64,000 nt of DNA from a virus, in IMG/VR virus record IMGVR_UViG_3300043411_001114, positions 1 to 64,000 of that record, one strand, 5' to 3'. A model generated the notes under the pieces. That model did no database searches and was not told where the DNA came from. It worked only from the letters and a program-made list of their open reading frames with translations. Both the position numbers and the translations under genes were made by a program. Shown in pieces: positions 39,803 to 49,058 of this stretch (the first letter of the stretch is position 1; each line of letters starts with the position of its first letter).

Positions 39803-42800
39803 ATGGCCGAACTCTCATTCTCCCGCCGGACGGGCAGCGAGCGCGATATTCAGCCGGTCGCTATTGTCGCAGTCGACGCCTCGACCAGGACAGCGACCGG
39901 AGTCACCCGAACCCGGCACAGCATCCAGATCAACTGCGCCTACGCCACCGGTGACACCATCACGATCCCCGCCTCGGGCGAGCAATGGTATGTCGAGCGA
40001 TTCGACATGGAGTGGCGGCTCTACGGCCGGATTCCGTTCAATGACGCGACCCTCAACATCGCCCCCGAGGAGGGGCAGGTCTCGGTCGGCTCGGCCAGCG
40101 GTCCTCTGGAACTGAACGGCACCGAGGTTCGGGCCAACGGCGAGACCTTGCGCCTCAATGGGGTCTACTTTCGGGATACCGGCGAGCAGTTCGAGCGGTC
40201 GACCGACAAGATCAACTGGACCCCGGTCGCGGCAGGTCTGGCGGGCCTGGTGGAACTCATCGCCAACGCCCTCACCGGCTACGAGGGCGTGAGCCAGACC
40301 GACGCGGTGCAGGCGCTCAAGGACTGGGCGTCCCTGATTCAGGAGATTCTGGACAGCTTCTGGCTCTTCTGGACGCAGATGTGCGAGAACATCTTCGTCA
40401 ACGGCCTCAAGCGGCTCGGGGTGGGCGAGACCGACCTGGAGAAGATCGTCAACGGGTTGCAGAACTTCGTCAACTACGCCTTCAGCCTGATCTTCTGCGA
40501 CTTCACCGGCGACCTCACCCCGCAGACCTTCCTGGCCCGGCTGCGCGACCTGCTGGCCCCCCTCAAGGACAACCCGATCATTCTGGGATTCCAGGCGATC
40601 GCTCAAATTCTTGAGTTGTCCGTCGGCAACCTGCTCAACGACGCGGTCGCCGGGGCCACCGGATTCCTGGAACTCCTGTTCAACATCATCACCTGCAACT
40701 GGGAGGACATCGACCTCGCCTGGATCGAGGGGATCATCGGCCTGGTCGGAGAGGACACCCCGTTCGCGCCAGCAAACATCTTCAAGTTCATCGTCGGACT
40801 GATCGAGCCGCTGATGACCAACCCCTTCGCCCTGGGCCTGATGGCCATCGCCGAGGCTCTGGGCAAGGAGGTCTCGGGCCTGCTGGACGGGGCCATCACC
40901 GGTGGCATGGAGTTTATTCGGTTCCTGTTCGACCTGCTGCTCTGCCAGGTCGACCCCGATGAACTCACCGCCGTTCTCGGGATCGCCGGATCGACATTCA
41001 GCCCGGCCTTCATCGCCAAGGCGATCAACGACTTCTTTCAGTTCTTCCGCGACAACCCTTTCCTGACCGGGTTGCAGGACTTCCTGGGTCTGGTCGGGGA
41101 GACCACCGGCAATCTGTTACAGGACGCGGTGGCCGGTGTCACCGAGTTCGTCAGCCTTGTGGTGGGCGTCATCTTCTGCGACCCCGACAAGCTAGAGCAG
41201 CTGGGCGACCTGGTGGACGGCATCCTGCCCGGCATCGGTGACCCGTTGGGCATCCTGCGCCTGATCTACGAGAAGATCATCAGCCCCATCCTGAACAACC
41301 CTCTGGTGATGCTCATCAAAGGCTTTGCCGAAACCGTCCTGGGTATCGGTGGCGGACTGCTGAACCAGGTTCTGGTCGGTTCGGGCGACCTGATCAACTG
41401 GGTTCTGAAAATCATCAAGACCATCATCCCGCTCGGCACCGGAGCGTGGGCCGCCTTACTCCCGTTCGTCGACTGGGATGCCGTCGATGAGGCTGACGTC
41501 AATTTTCCCGATCTGGGTACCGTACTGGCCGGTTTCGATCCTTTCGATCTTTTCGTGCCGCTGCAGCAGTTCTTCGCCAACCTGACCAGCCTGTTTGGTT
41601 TGGACTTCCTGGACGAGGACTTCGATCCCCTAACCGCCGTCAGCGACTTCCTGACCCACGTCACTACCGACCTGAGTGGTTGGATTCAAACCAACGTCAT
41701 AGGACCGATAGTCACCGCCATACTCGGATCAGGTTTCACCAGTCTCGCTAACATAACTACGTTCTTCAATCGCCTCCGTCAGATCTTTAACGGCTTCAAT
41801 TTCATGGGTGGTTCGTTCAACCCAATAGACGCCGTCAGGGCGTTGCTTGAACTATTCTTCAACCCGGACAAGGTTCTACAACTCGATGACGACGACGAAC
41901 TGCCCGTCAGCACCATTAAAGGCATCGCCGATTTCGCCAACTCGAACATCATCCGGCCGATCGTTACCACGCTGCTGCTCGGTAGCGGGCTAGACCTCAC
42001 CAAATTCGGAATCAACACCCAGGAAGACCTCGACAATGTCGACATCGGCGTACTTGGCGACCTGGCCGGGAGTCTACTGACCTCTCTGGGCAACATTCCG
42101 GCCGACCTGCTGACAGGACTGATCCCTCCCGCGATCATGGGTGTGGTTCCGGTCGCCAACATCTCCGACACCTCGCCCAACCTCCTCCTTCAGGGGGCTT
42201 TCCTTGATGCGATTAGCGTCGAGGACAACGACAACTGGTTCTGGGACTCGACCACCAACATGGCGGGTAGCGTCGGTGGTTCTGCCAAGACGGTTATCTC
42301 CCCGGCCAAGAATCGGTACCTGTACTCACGACAGACCATTCCGGTCGCGGTGGGAGACAGGATTCGGCTGAACGGCTTCGTCAAGACGACCGGACTGACC
42401 GTTTCTCCCGGCGGTTCCACCCCGATCTCCATCTCCCTGATCCCGTTTATCCGAAACTCGTCAGGGGCCACCGAGGCCCAGACTCCGGTGGTCATCGGAA
42501 CACAGTTAGGTTCCTCGACAAGCTGGACGAATGTAGGCCAATCCTCCACCACCCACTACGAGGTCACCAACGCCAGTTGGGTTTATGTTGTGGTTCGTCT
42601 GGGTGTCGCTTCGACCGCCACCGCCGGAACGGTCTGGTGGGACGCGATCAGCCTCAAGAAGGTCGGCCTACTCACGCAAGGAAACGTAGACAGCCTTCTG
42701 GCCACATGGGAACAGTCCTGGACTACAATTTTCGGCACGAGCGGTGCGGGAAAGAATTGGTCGCATTTCGTGGCAGCCCTGAGTCAGCTTAATTGGACCG

Positions 42801-43573
42801 CAGGTCAAGGTGTGGAAAAGGGTGATGGTGCCAACGGAAATGTTGTAGGGGTCATCGACTCTATTGGGAAATCCATATTCGGTGACGCCTATAGCTACAA
42901 TTCCCCCGGCCAAGTAAAGACTGCGATGCAGCACTTTATCAACAAGCTGTTCGGTGTCAACACAGTACAGACCGAATTACAGACTGCCGTTATCCCGCCG
43001 TTGGATGCGTCGTCAATTGACCGAGGGACTCTCGATATCGGCCGCATTCCGACTGACGATGTTGGGGCGGCACTCACCACTACGGGATCGGGCGGTCTCA
43101 TGAAGAGGACGGGCCAAACCGCATACGCTGCAGGAAGTACTGGTCGCCGAATTATTGGAGATAATTTCTTTGATGCCACACCGGTAACTAGTCCCGACAT
43201 TACCGTCAGGGGGGCCAAAAAGGGTTTCACCGTAACTTTGGCCGGGTGGTATATGGTAGAACTTGCGTATAAACTCAATCCCGTAGCGACTTGGGGGTGG
43301 AACTTTGCTCCAGTTCTTTACGTCAACGGTACGGCAACAAAGCGCGGAACGGATTGCATGTACACCTGGGGAGCTGTTGGAAGTGCTGGGTCACAAAAAT
43401 CTGTTCAAAACAGCTTTATTGTATATTTGGGCACCAACGGTTATGTCGAAGCTGGATACGACGTCGCCTTAGGGGCTGGATTTGGTGACACCAACGTCCT
43501 GGGAGGTCCAGACGGAGGAACTGGCATAGAAAGCTACTTTTCGATCTCACTACTGAACCGTAGTTACGCATAG
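39803..43573 (+). CDS. Minor tail/central spike protein
   Basis: OB-fold-like N-terminus (IPASGEQWYVER), long amphipathic repeat region, carbohydrate-binding-like module. Confidence 0.65.
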   Translation: MAELSFSRRTGSERDIQPVAIVAVDASTRTATGVTRTRHSIQINCAYATGDTITIPASGEQWYVERFDMEWRLYGRIPFNDATLNIAPEEGQVSVGSASGPLELNGTEVRANGETLRLNGVYFRDTGEQFERSTDKINWTPVAAGLAGLVELIANALTGYEGVSQTDAVQALKDWASLIQEILDSFWLFWTQMCENIFVNGLKRLGVGETDLEKIVNGLQNFVNYAFSLIFCDFTGDLTPQTFLARLRDLLAPLKDNPIILGFQAIAQILELSVGNLLNDAVAGATGFLELLFNIITCNWEDIDLAWIEGIIGLVGEDTPFAPANIFKFIVGLIEPLMTNPFALGLMAIAEALGKEVSGLLDGAITGGMEFIRFLFDLLLCQVDPDELTAVLGIAGSTFSPAFIAKAINDFFQFFRDNPFLTGLQDFLGLVGETTGNLLQDAVAGVTEFVSLVVGVIFCDPDKLEQLGDLVDGILPGIGDPLGILRLIYEKIISPILNNPLVMLIKGFAETVLGIGGGLLNQVLVGSGDLINWVLKIIKTIIPLGTGAWAALLPFVDWDAVDEADVNFPDLGTVLAGFDPFDLFVPLQQFFANLTSLFGLDFLDEDFDPLTAVSDFLTHVTTDLSGWIQTNVIGPIVTAILGSGFTSLANITTFFNRLRQIFNGFNFMGGSFNPIDAVRALLELFFNPDKVLQLDDDDELPVSTIKGIADFANSNIIRPIVTTLLLGSGLDLTKFGINTQEDLDNVDIGVLGDLAGSLLTSLGNIPADLLTGLIPPAIMGVVPVANISDTSPNLLLQGAFLDAISVEDNDNWFWDSTTNMAGSVGGSAKTVISPAKNRYLYSRQTIPVAVGDRIRLNGFVKTTGLTVSPGGSTPISISLIPFIRNSSGATEAQTPVVIGTQLGSSTSWTNVGQSSTTHYEVTNASWVYVVVRLGVASTATAGTVWWDAISLKKVGLLTQGNVDSLLATWEQSWTTIFGTSGAGKNWSHFVAALSQLNWTAGQGVEKGDGANGNVVGVIDSIGKSIFGDAYSYNSPGQVKTAMQHFINKLFGVNTVQTELQTAVIPPLDASSIDRGTLDIGRIPTDDVGAALTTTGSGGLMKRTGQTAYAAGSTGRRIIGDNFFDATPVTSPDITVRGAKKGFTVTLAGWYMVELAYKLNPVATWGWNFAPVLYVNGTATKRGTDCMYTWGAVGSAGSQKSVQNSFIVYLGTNGYVEAGYDVALGAGFGDTNVLGGPDGGTGIESYFSISLLNRSYA

Positions 43574-43587
43574 AAATAAGGAGTGTG

Positions 43588-43749
43588 ATGAGAGAAATTC
43601 GAGTATCGCCAGACGGCAACTCGGTAGCTATTAGAAGCGACGCTGACGTGGACGCTTCTAATGCTTGGGGTGTTATGAGAGCAGTTGGTGGCGGGTGCTG
43701 GATGCGCTCGTCTCAGGTTGCAGAATGGGAGGTCATTAGTCATGGCTAG
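43588..43749 (+). CDS. 53-aa hypothetical protein (not in track)
   Basis: TAAGGAG SD; MREIRVSPDGNSVAIRS, related to the next ORF (NPDTGVIAVRT). Confidence 0.7.
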   Translation: MREIRVSPDGNSVAIRSDADVDASNAWGVMRAVGGGCWMRSSQVAEWEVISHG

Positions 43750-43936
43750 TATGGGTCACACCAAAAGAAACCCAGACACAGGAGTAATAGCCGTTCGAAC
43801 TCATTTCGATGAATCAATCCCCGAACTGGCTTCTATGGCATGGGCAACAATTAACCCAATAACCGGCTCGGGCCGTGCTACCAGTGAAGAGGTAGATTCT
43901 TGGGATGATTTGTTTGTTCCAGAACCTGAGGAGTAG
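43742..43936 (+). CDS. Small hypothetical protein
   Basis: GGGAGG SD before ATG 43742. Confidence 0.7.
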   Translation: MASMGHTKRNPDTGVIAVRTHFDESIPELASMAWATINPITGSGRATSEEVDSWDDLFVPEPEE

Positions 43937-43945
43937 GGGTAGAGC

Positions 43946-45058
43946 TTGAAAGCCTCGTTTTTCTACGCTATCGGGACTAGCTACATCCTAAACATCATGA
44001 CCCCGGGCTTCGGGTCGATAGTATCGCTGGACAATGATCAGATTCTGCGATTCGGGAATAGCATTATTAACCCACGCGAACTTGCCCACTCCTCTATTCG
44101 AGGTCTCAACGGCGAGACCTTCATGTGGGACATGACGCCTCTAAGTGACCCCTTCCGGCTCATGCTCGACCCAGAGCTTTGGGACCAGCGGGAGATGGTC
44201 GAATACCCTGCCGTTGTCTTCCCGGGCAATATCAGCATCGGGTACGGGAGATCGTCGCTTATGGCGAAAATCATGAGTTTACCCAGAGGAAAAAAGTTTG
44301 CCATCGGCGGTTACTCGCAGGGGGCAGCGGTGTGCAGCACGGTCTATGAGGCTGGCCTGAAACCAGGCACAAAAGGGCCTTTGGAATCCAGGAGAGACGA
44401 TTTCCTGGGTGCGGTGTGTTTCGGTAACCCACGACGCCAAGTTAACCACCGAGGTGCATCTGGGGCGTTCGGAACCTGGTCCGGGTCATGGATTGATCAC
44501 ACCATCACCACGGGAAGCGGCGGGGCATTCCCGGACGGTGGCCCGCTCGGTCGTCTGACAGGTTGCGAACAAAAATGGGTGGAGTTCACGGCACCCAGAG
44601 AGTTAGTGTCCGCTATCGGGAACTCTGAGGCAGACGAGTTGTTGCGTTTTGCTGGTGGCATATTTTTGGGGACGCCTGACGTTTTTTCTTTTTTGAAGAA
44701 TGTCCTCAAAGATGGTGTTGTCGACGTCATGCAGGCAGTCAACGACTTAGTGTCCGGAAAGAATGGACAGCTACCCAACTACTTCATCGACGCCAACGGT
44801 AACCCCCGCGACGTCGGCGGTGCCGGGCACACCACCTACTCAATATTCCCACCTCCGAACTCTGGCGGGGTGCACCCCACCACCACCACAGTGATCGGTG
44901 ACAAGACCTACCACACGGCGGTCGGGCAGACCGCCTACCAATTGGGCGCGCAGTGGCTCAACGATCAGGCCGAACTGTATGTCGACGACCCTGTCATCGC
45001 ACCACCCCCTCCCGTCGTGAACTACGGCTGGTCGACCACACTATCTCCGCCGGTGTAA
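43946..45058 (+). CDS. Cutinase/LysB-like serine hydrolase, paralog 1
   Basis: GYSQG nucleophile elbow, FGNPRR and late GH. Confidence 0.75.
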   Translation: MKASFFYAIGTSYILNIMTPGFGSIVSLDNDQILRFGNSIINPRELAHSSIRGLNGETFMWDMTPLSDPFRLMLDPELWDQREMVEYPAVVFPGNISIGYGRSSLMAKIMSLPRGKKFAIGGYSQGAAVCSTVYEAGLKPGTKGPLESRRDDFLGAVCFGNPRRQVNHRGASGAFGTWSGSWIDHTITTGSGGAFPDGGPLGRLTGCEQKWVEFTAPRELVSAIGNSEADELLRFAGGIFLGTPDVFSFLKNVLKDGVVDVMQAVNDLVSGKNGQLPNYFIDANGNPRDVGGAGHTTYSIFPPPNSGGVHPTTTTVIGDKTYHTAVGQTAYQLGAQWLNDQAELYVDDPVIAPPPPVVNYGWSTTLSPPV

Positions 45059-45060
45059 AA

Positions 45061-46212
45061 ATGAAGGCCTCATTTTTCTACTGTCATGGCACAAATTATC
45101 TTTACAACTTCATGACACCATTCATCGACAGCGAATTATTCAACACCCTGTCCCCGATCGCCCAAGAATCACTACTGTCCATCGACAATGACCTGTTTCT
45201 TCGGGTTGGAAACCAGCTTGTCTCTGGTGGTGGTCTCGTAGAGGCGGCCATACCGGGCCTCAACGGTGAGAAGTACATGTGGAACATGACTCCGGCCGAT
45301 GACCCGTTTCCCCGCATGCTCGACCCGGACCTCTGGGACGACCGGGTCATGGTTCCCTACCCGGCCGTCATTTTCCCCGGGAATGCCAGTATCGAGTACG
45401 GCAGGGCGTCGATGGTCTCCAAAATCTCGGCTTTGACTCGTGGAAAAAAGTTTGCCATCGGAGGCTTCTCGCAGGGGGCAGCGGTGGCTAGTTCGGTCTA
45501 CCTGTCCGGCCTGAAACCTGGCACAACAGGGCCTTTGGAATCACGGAGAGACGATTTTCTTGGTGCGGTGACGTTCGGCAACCCGCGACGCCAAGTTAAC
45601 CACCGAGGCGCTGGCGGACAGTTCGGCACCTGGTCGGGATCATGGTTGGACGACGCCCCGGGTGCCGGGGGGTGTTTTCCAGATTACGGTCCCCAGAAAA
45701 GGCTGACCGGATGCGAGGACAAGTGGGTGGACTTCGTCGCTCCGGGTGAGGTGATTACCGGGAACGGCACTTCCGAAAAGGAGTTGGAGTGGCAGTTTCT
45801 CTCGTCAATCATGGTTGCTTCCATTGACCCTGGTGAGGCGATCAATTGGGTGATCAAGTCGGGAATCGAGGGTCTTATCGACACGGTTGGCCAAATGATG
45901 AACGGAGGGGCCTACGGAAGGGTGGGAGTGAACTACTTCATCGACGCTGACGGTAATCCCCGCAACGTCGGTGGTGGGGGTCACACCGCTTACGGAATCT
46001 GGGGGCTGCCCAACTCCAGTGGGGTCATCCCCACCACCGACACGGTCATCGGAGATGAAACCTACCGCGCTGCGGTTGGACAGACGATGTATCAGGTCGC
46101 CCTCGAATGGCTCAATGACCAGGCCGCCGAATACACCACCGACCCTCTGGTCATCCCGCCACCCAACCTTCCCACCCCAGGATGGTCAACTACCATATAC
46201 CCACCGGCCTGA
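45061..46212 (+). CDS. Cutinase/LysB-like serine hydrolase, paralog 2
   Basis: GFSQG, FGNPRR and GH; colinear with paralog 1 from MKASFFY. Confidence 0.75.
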   Translation: MKASFFYCHGTNYLYNFMTPFIDSELFNTLSPIAQESLLSIDNDLFLRVGNQLVSGGGLVEAAIPGLNGEKYMWNMTPADDPFPRMLDPDLWDDRVMVPYPAVIFPGNASIEYGRASMVSKISALTRGKKFAIGGFSQGAAVASSVYLSGLKPGTTGPLESRRDDFLGAVTFGNPRRQVNHRGAGGQFGTWSGSWLDDAPGAGGCFPDYGPQKRLTGCEDKWVDFVAPGEVITGNGTSEKELEWQFLSSIMVASIDPGEAINWVIKSGIEGLIDTVGQMMNGGAYGRVGVNYFIDADGNPRNVGGGGHTAYGIWGLPNSSGVIPTTDTVIGDETYRAAVGQTMYQVALEWLNDQAAEYTTDPLVIPPPNLPTPGWSTTIYPPA

Positions 46213-46240
46213 TTCCCCATATCTCAAGACAGGAAAATTC

Positions 46241-46576
46241 GTGACAAAACATCTTCGCATCGAGGTCAACGGCAACGAGTGGGTGAACGGCGATTTCGCC
46301 GAAATCACCTTCGTTGACGGGCCTACCGGAGTCAAGATCGAGGGCAAAATCGAATCTGCCGCTGGCGGCAATGGCGGCCTGTTCGGGATGCTGATGGGCA
46401 AGAATCCCGGAGAATCGGCGGCGGCCCCGCAAAGGCGCACTATCACTCCGCGCGCCCCGATCCGTCGTCCCACCCCGAAACCGGACGAGGTGCTCGTTCC
46501 GGAGCCGGAGTTAGAGGAACACCTCAACTACGACCCGGTCATCGTGGAGACGGTGGAGGACGAACCGGAGGCCTGA
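46241..46576 (+). CDS. Hypothetical protein
   Basis: AGGA SD before GTG 46241. Confidence 0.65.
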   Translation: MTKHLRIEVNGNEWVNGDFAEITFVDGPTGVKIEGKIESAAGGNGGLFGMLMGKNPGESAAAPQRRTITPRAPIRRPTPKPDEVLVPEPELEEHLNYDPVIVETVEDEPEA

Positions 46577-46634
46577 CCTTCGCCCCCACCCTGTCGGGGA
46601 CAGGCCTGCAGACCATAAATGGTGAGGAGGCCCC

Positions 46635-47051
46635 GTGTCCTACAGCCTTGCCATATCCAACGGCGATCTTGTTCAGCAAGGGTCGCGGCTCGGTCTTGTC
46701 TATGGGGTCGACAAACTGCGCCAGGACATCAATTGCTGGCTCCTGGAGCGTTATGGGGGCGATCGTTTCCATGTCAACATGGGGTCGATCCTGCAGGAGT
46801 TCATCGGCGGGATCATCAGCGAGTCCAGCCGGGCCGAGGTTCAGGCGGAAATCTTCCGGGTGCTACAGAACTACCAGTCGATGCAACTCAAGAGGTTCAA
46901 GGAGAACCCCCAGCAGCTATCGGCCAGCGAGTTGCTGGTCTCCGTCGACGACATCTCCACCTCGGTCGGTTACGACACCATCTGGGCCTCGGTGAAGCTG
47001 CGCAACGGGTCCAACCAGAGCACGACCATCAAAGTCGCGACCAACGCCTAG
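46635..47051 (+). CDS. Baseplate wedge protein (gp25/GpW-like)
   Basis: G..KL.QDI...LL...G...FH...GS pattern; precedes the baseplate J gene. Confidence 0.8.
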   Translation: MSYSLAISNGDLVQQGSRLGLVYGVDKLRQDINCWLLERYGGDRFHVNMGSILQEFIGGIISESSRAEVQAEIFRVLQNYQSMQLKRFKENPQQLSASELLVSVDDISTSVGYDTIWASVKLRNGSNQSTTIKVATNA

Positions 47052-47067
47052 TGGAGACCCTTGAGTT

Positions 47068-48918
47068 ATGTCGAAAAATCCTGACGCCGTCGCCAAAGAG
47101 ATTCTCGCCAAACTGGCTTTGACGGCACCCGGGTTCAGCCTGGAATTAGGCACCCCGGAGCGCAAGATCGTCGACGCGGTGGCCGAAGCCGTCAGCGAGG
47201 CCTACATCGACCAGTACCTGATCGGCTCCCTGCTCGACATCGAGTCCAAGGCCGGTCTGGAACTAGAGCAGTTCCTCGGAATCTTCGGTTTCGGCCGCCT
47301 GCAGGGCAGGAGGGCCACAGGAACTGTCCGGATCGAACTGAACAACGCAAACGCCCAGGACATCAACATCACGTCCGGCAGCCAGTTCTACACCCGCCAG
47401 TCGCTGCCGGGAAGCGGCAACCCGCTGTACTTCTCGTCCACCCAGGCGGTGGTCATCCCGGCAGGCTCCTACCTGGCTGACGTCCCCGTAGAGTGCACCG
47501 ACGTCGGCACGGTAGGCAATGTGCCACCCGACAGCGTGGTGTTCGTAGGAGACGTCCTGGGGGCCACTTCGGTCACCAACCTGCAGGCCTTCACCGGCGG
47601 CGTGGACGTCGAGACCGACGAGGAATTGCGGCAGCGGTTCAAGGACACCTTTCTGCGGTCGATCACCGGCACCGAGGACTGGTATCTCGGCCTGGCCTAC
47701 CAGAACAAGAACATCTCCAAGGCGGCCTGCTTCGGCCCGATCCGCAAGTACGCGACCCAGATCGAGGTGCCCAGCACCTCGGTGAGCCTGGACGCTTACG
47801 TCAGCGACGACGTCAAGTACGCCTGGGACGGCGACTGGCACGTCTCGGTGTTCAAAAACCTCGGCCAGGAGGACGAGAAGTTCTACCGCCGCAATATTGA
47901 CTTCACCTGGGTGTCCGGCTCGTCGCCCTCCTTCGGGAGGATCTCTGACGGCGATATGGTGACCGGTGACGTGGTGGACCTGGAGTTCGAGTTCACCACC
48001 CGCTCGTCGCGCAACGACCCGGTCAACGGGATCACCAACAAGATCGACGTCTTCGTCAACGGCTCCGACCCCTACACCGTGACCGAACGGACTAAGGTTC
48101 CGCCCTCCAACGGGGCGACTGCGGTGGTGCTGTCCGCCGACGAGGACGACCAGCTTTACGCCGGAAGTTTCGCCCGGGTCGGATCGACCGGTTCCCCGAC
48201 GGCGGGGAACCGTTTTACCCGCCTCGGAAGCACCCCCATCATCTCGTTCCCGTCCATCATCACCGTATCGACCACCAACTCCGGGGCCTCCGGCGGGGTG
48301 ACGAGAACAAACTACCAGCAGGGCATCGACTACCACCTCCTGCGCCCGGCTCCCGACCAGATCGTCACGCCCACGACTCTGCTGGCCGGATCGCCCTACG
48401 AAATCGCCGGTATCGAGTGGACCAGCACCGGCCCGGTCGCCGGGACGGCCATCACCCTGAACTACATCTACAACCGGGTTCCCGAGGTCATGCAGGCGGT
48501 CATCAAGACCTCGAAGCAGATCGCCACCGACGTCATGGTCCACCAGGCCGGATACCAGCACCTGAAGGTCTACCTCTCGGTCGAGTATGACCGTGGGTTT
48601 GTCGTCACCCAGGTCAACAACGCGATCAACGAGCGGCTCCGCTCGTATTTCGCCGGAATGCCCTTCGGGGCCTGGATCGAAATCTCCGACCTCACCCTGG
48701 CCGTCCATCAGGTTCTCGGGGTCGACAACGTCAAGCTCACCTACGCCGACGATCCCGGGGTCGACCCGGTGGCCAAGGACTACGGGATCAAGACCTACGG
48801 CGACTCGGCCGACGTCGTCTCCCTGACCGAGGATCCTTTCGAGGACGACTTCAAGCTGCGCGACAACCAGCTTCCCGTTTTCCTTGAGGCGATAGTCAGA
48901 CGGCGGGCGAACCGATGA
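47068..48918 (+). CDS. Baseplate J-like protein
   Basis: ATG.V, G..GNV, TN...FTGG.D.ETDEELRQR motifs. Confidence 0.9.
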   Translation: MSKNPDAVAKEILAKLALTAPGFSLELGTPERKIVDAVAEAVSEAYIDQYLIGSLLDIESKAGLELEQFLGIFGFGRLQGRRATGTVRIELNNANAQDINITSGSQFYTRQSLPGSGNPLYFSSTQAVVIPAGSYLADVPVECTDVGTVGNVPPDSVVFVGDVLGATSVTNLQAFTGGVDVETDEELRQRFKDTFLRSITGTEDWYLGLAYQNKNISKAACFGPIRKYATQIEVPSTSVSLDAYVSDDVKYAWDGDWHVSVFKNLGQEDEKFYRRNIDFTWVSGSSPSFGRISDGDMVTGDVVDLEFEFTTRSSRNDPVNGITNKIDVFVNGSDPYTVTERTKVPPSNGATAVVLSADEDDQLYAGSFARVGSTGSPTAGNRFTRLGSTPIISFPSIITVSTTNSGASGGVTRTNYQQGIDYHLLRPAPDQIVTPTTLLAGSPYEIAGIEWTSTGPVAGTAITLNYIYNRVPEVMQAVIKTSKQIATDVMVHQAGYQHLKVYLSVEYDRGFVVTQVNNAINERLRSYFAGMPFGAWIEISDLTLAVHQVLGVDNVKLTYADDPGVDPVAKDYGIKTYGDSADVVSLTEDPFEDDFKLRDNQLPVFLEAIVRRRANR

Positions 48919-48932
48919 TGGGAGTGATCCGC

Positions 48933-49058
48933 ATGGCTAACCACCCCCTCAAGCCAGATCCTCACCACGCGGCGTATATCGGGCTGATCATGAGCCTGGT
49001 CGCCTTCGGCTTCGCTGTAGCGGCCTTGGGTGCGGCACTGGCGATGGGGGTGCGCTGA
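48933..49058 (+). CDS. 41-aa single-TM membrane protein (not in track)
   Basis: GGAG SD; hydrophobic YIGLIMSLVAFGFAVAALGAALAM; TGATG overlap. Confidence 0.55.
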   Translation: MANHPLKPDPHHAAYIGLIMSLVAFGFAVAALGAALAMGVR

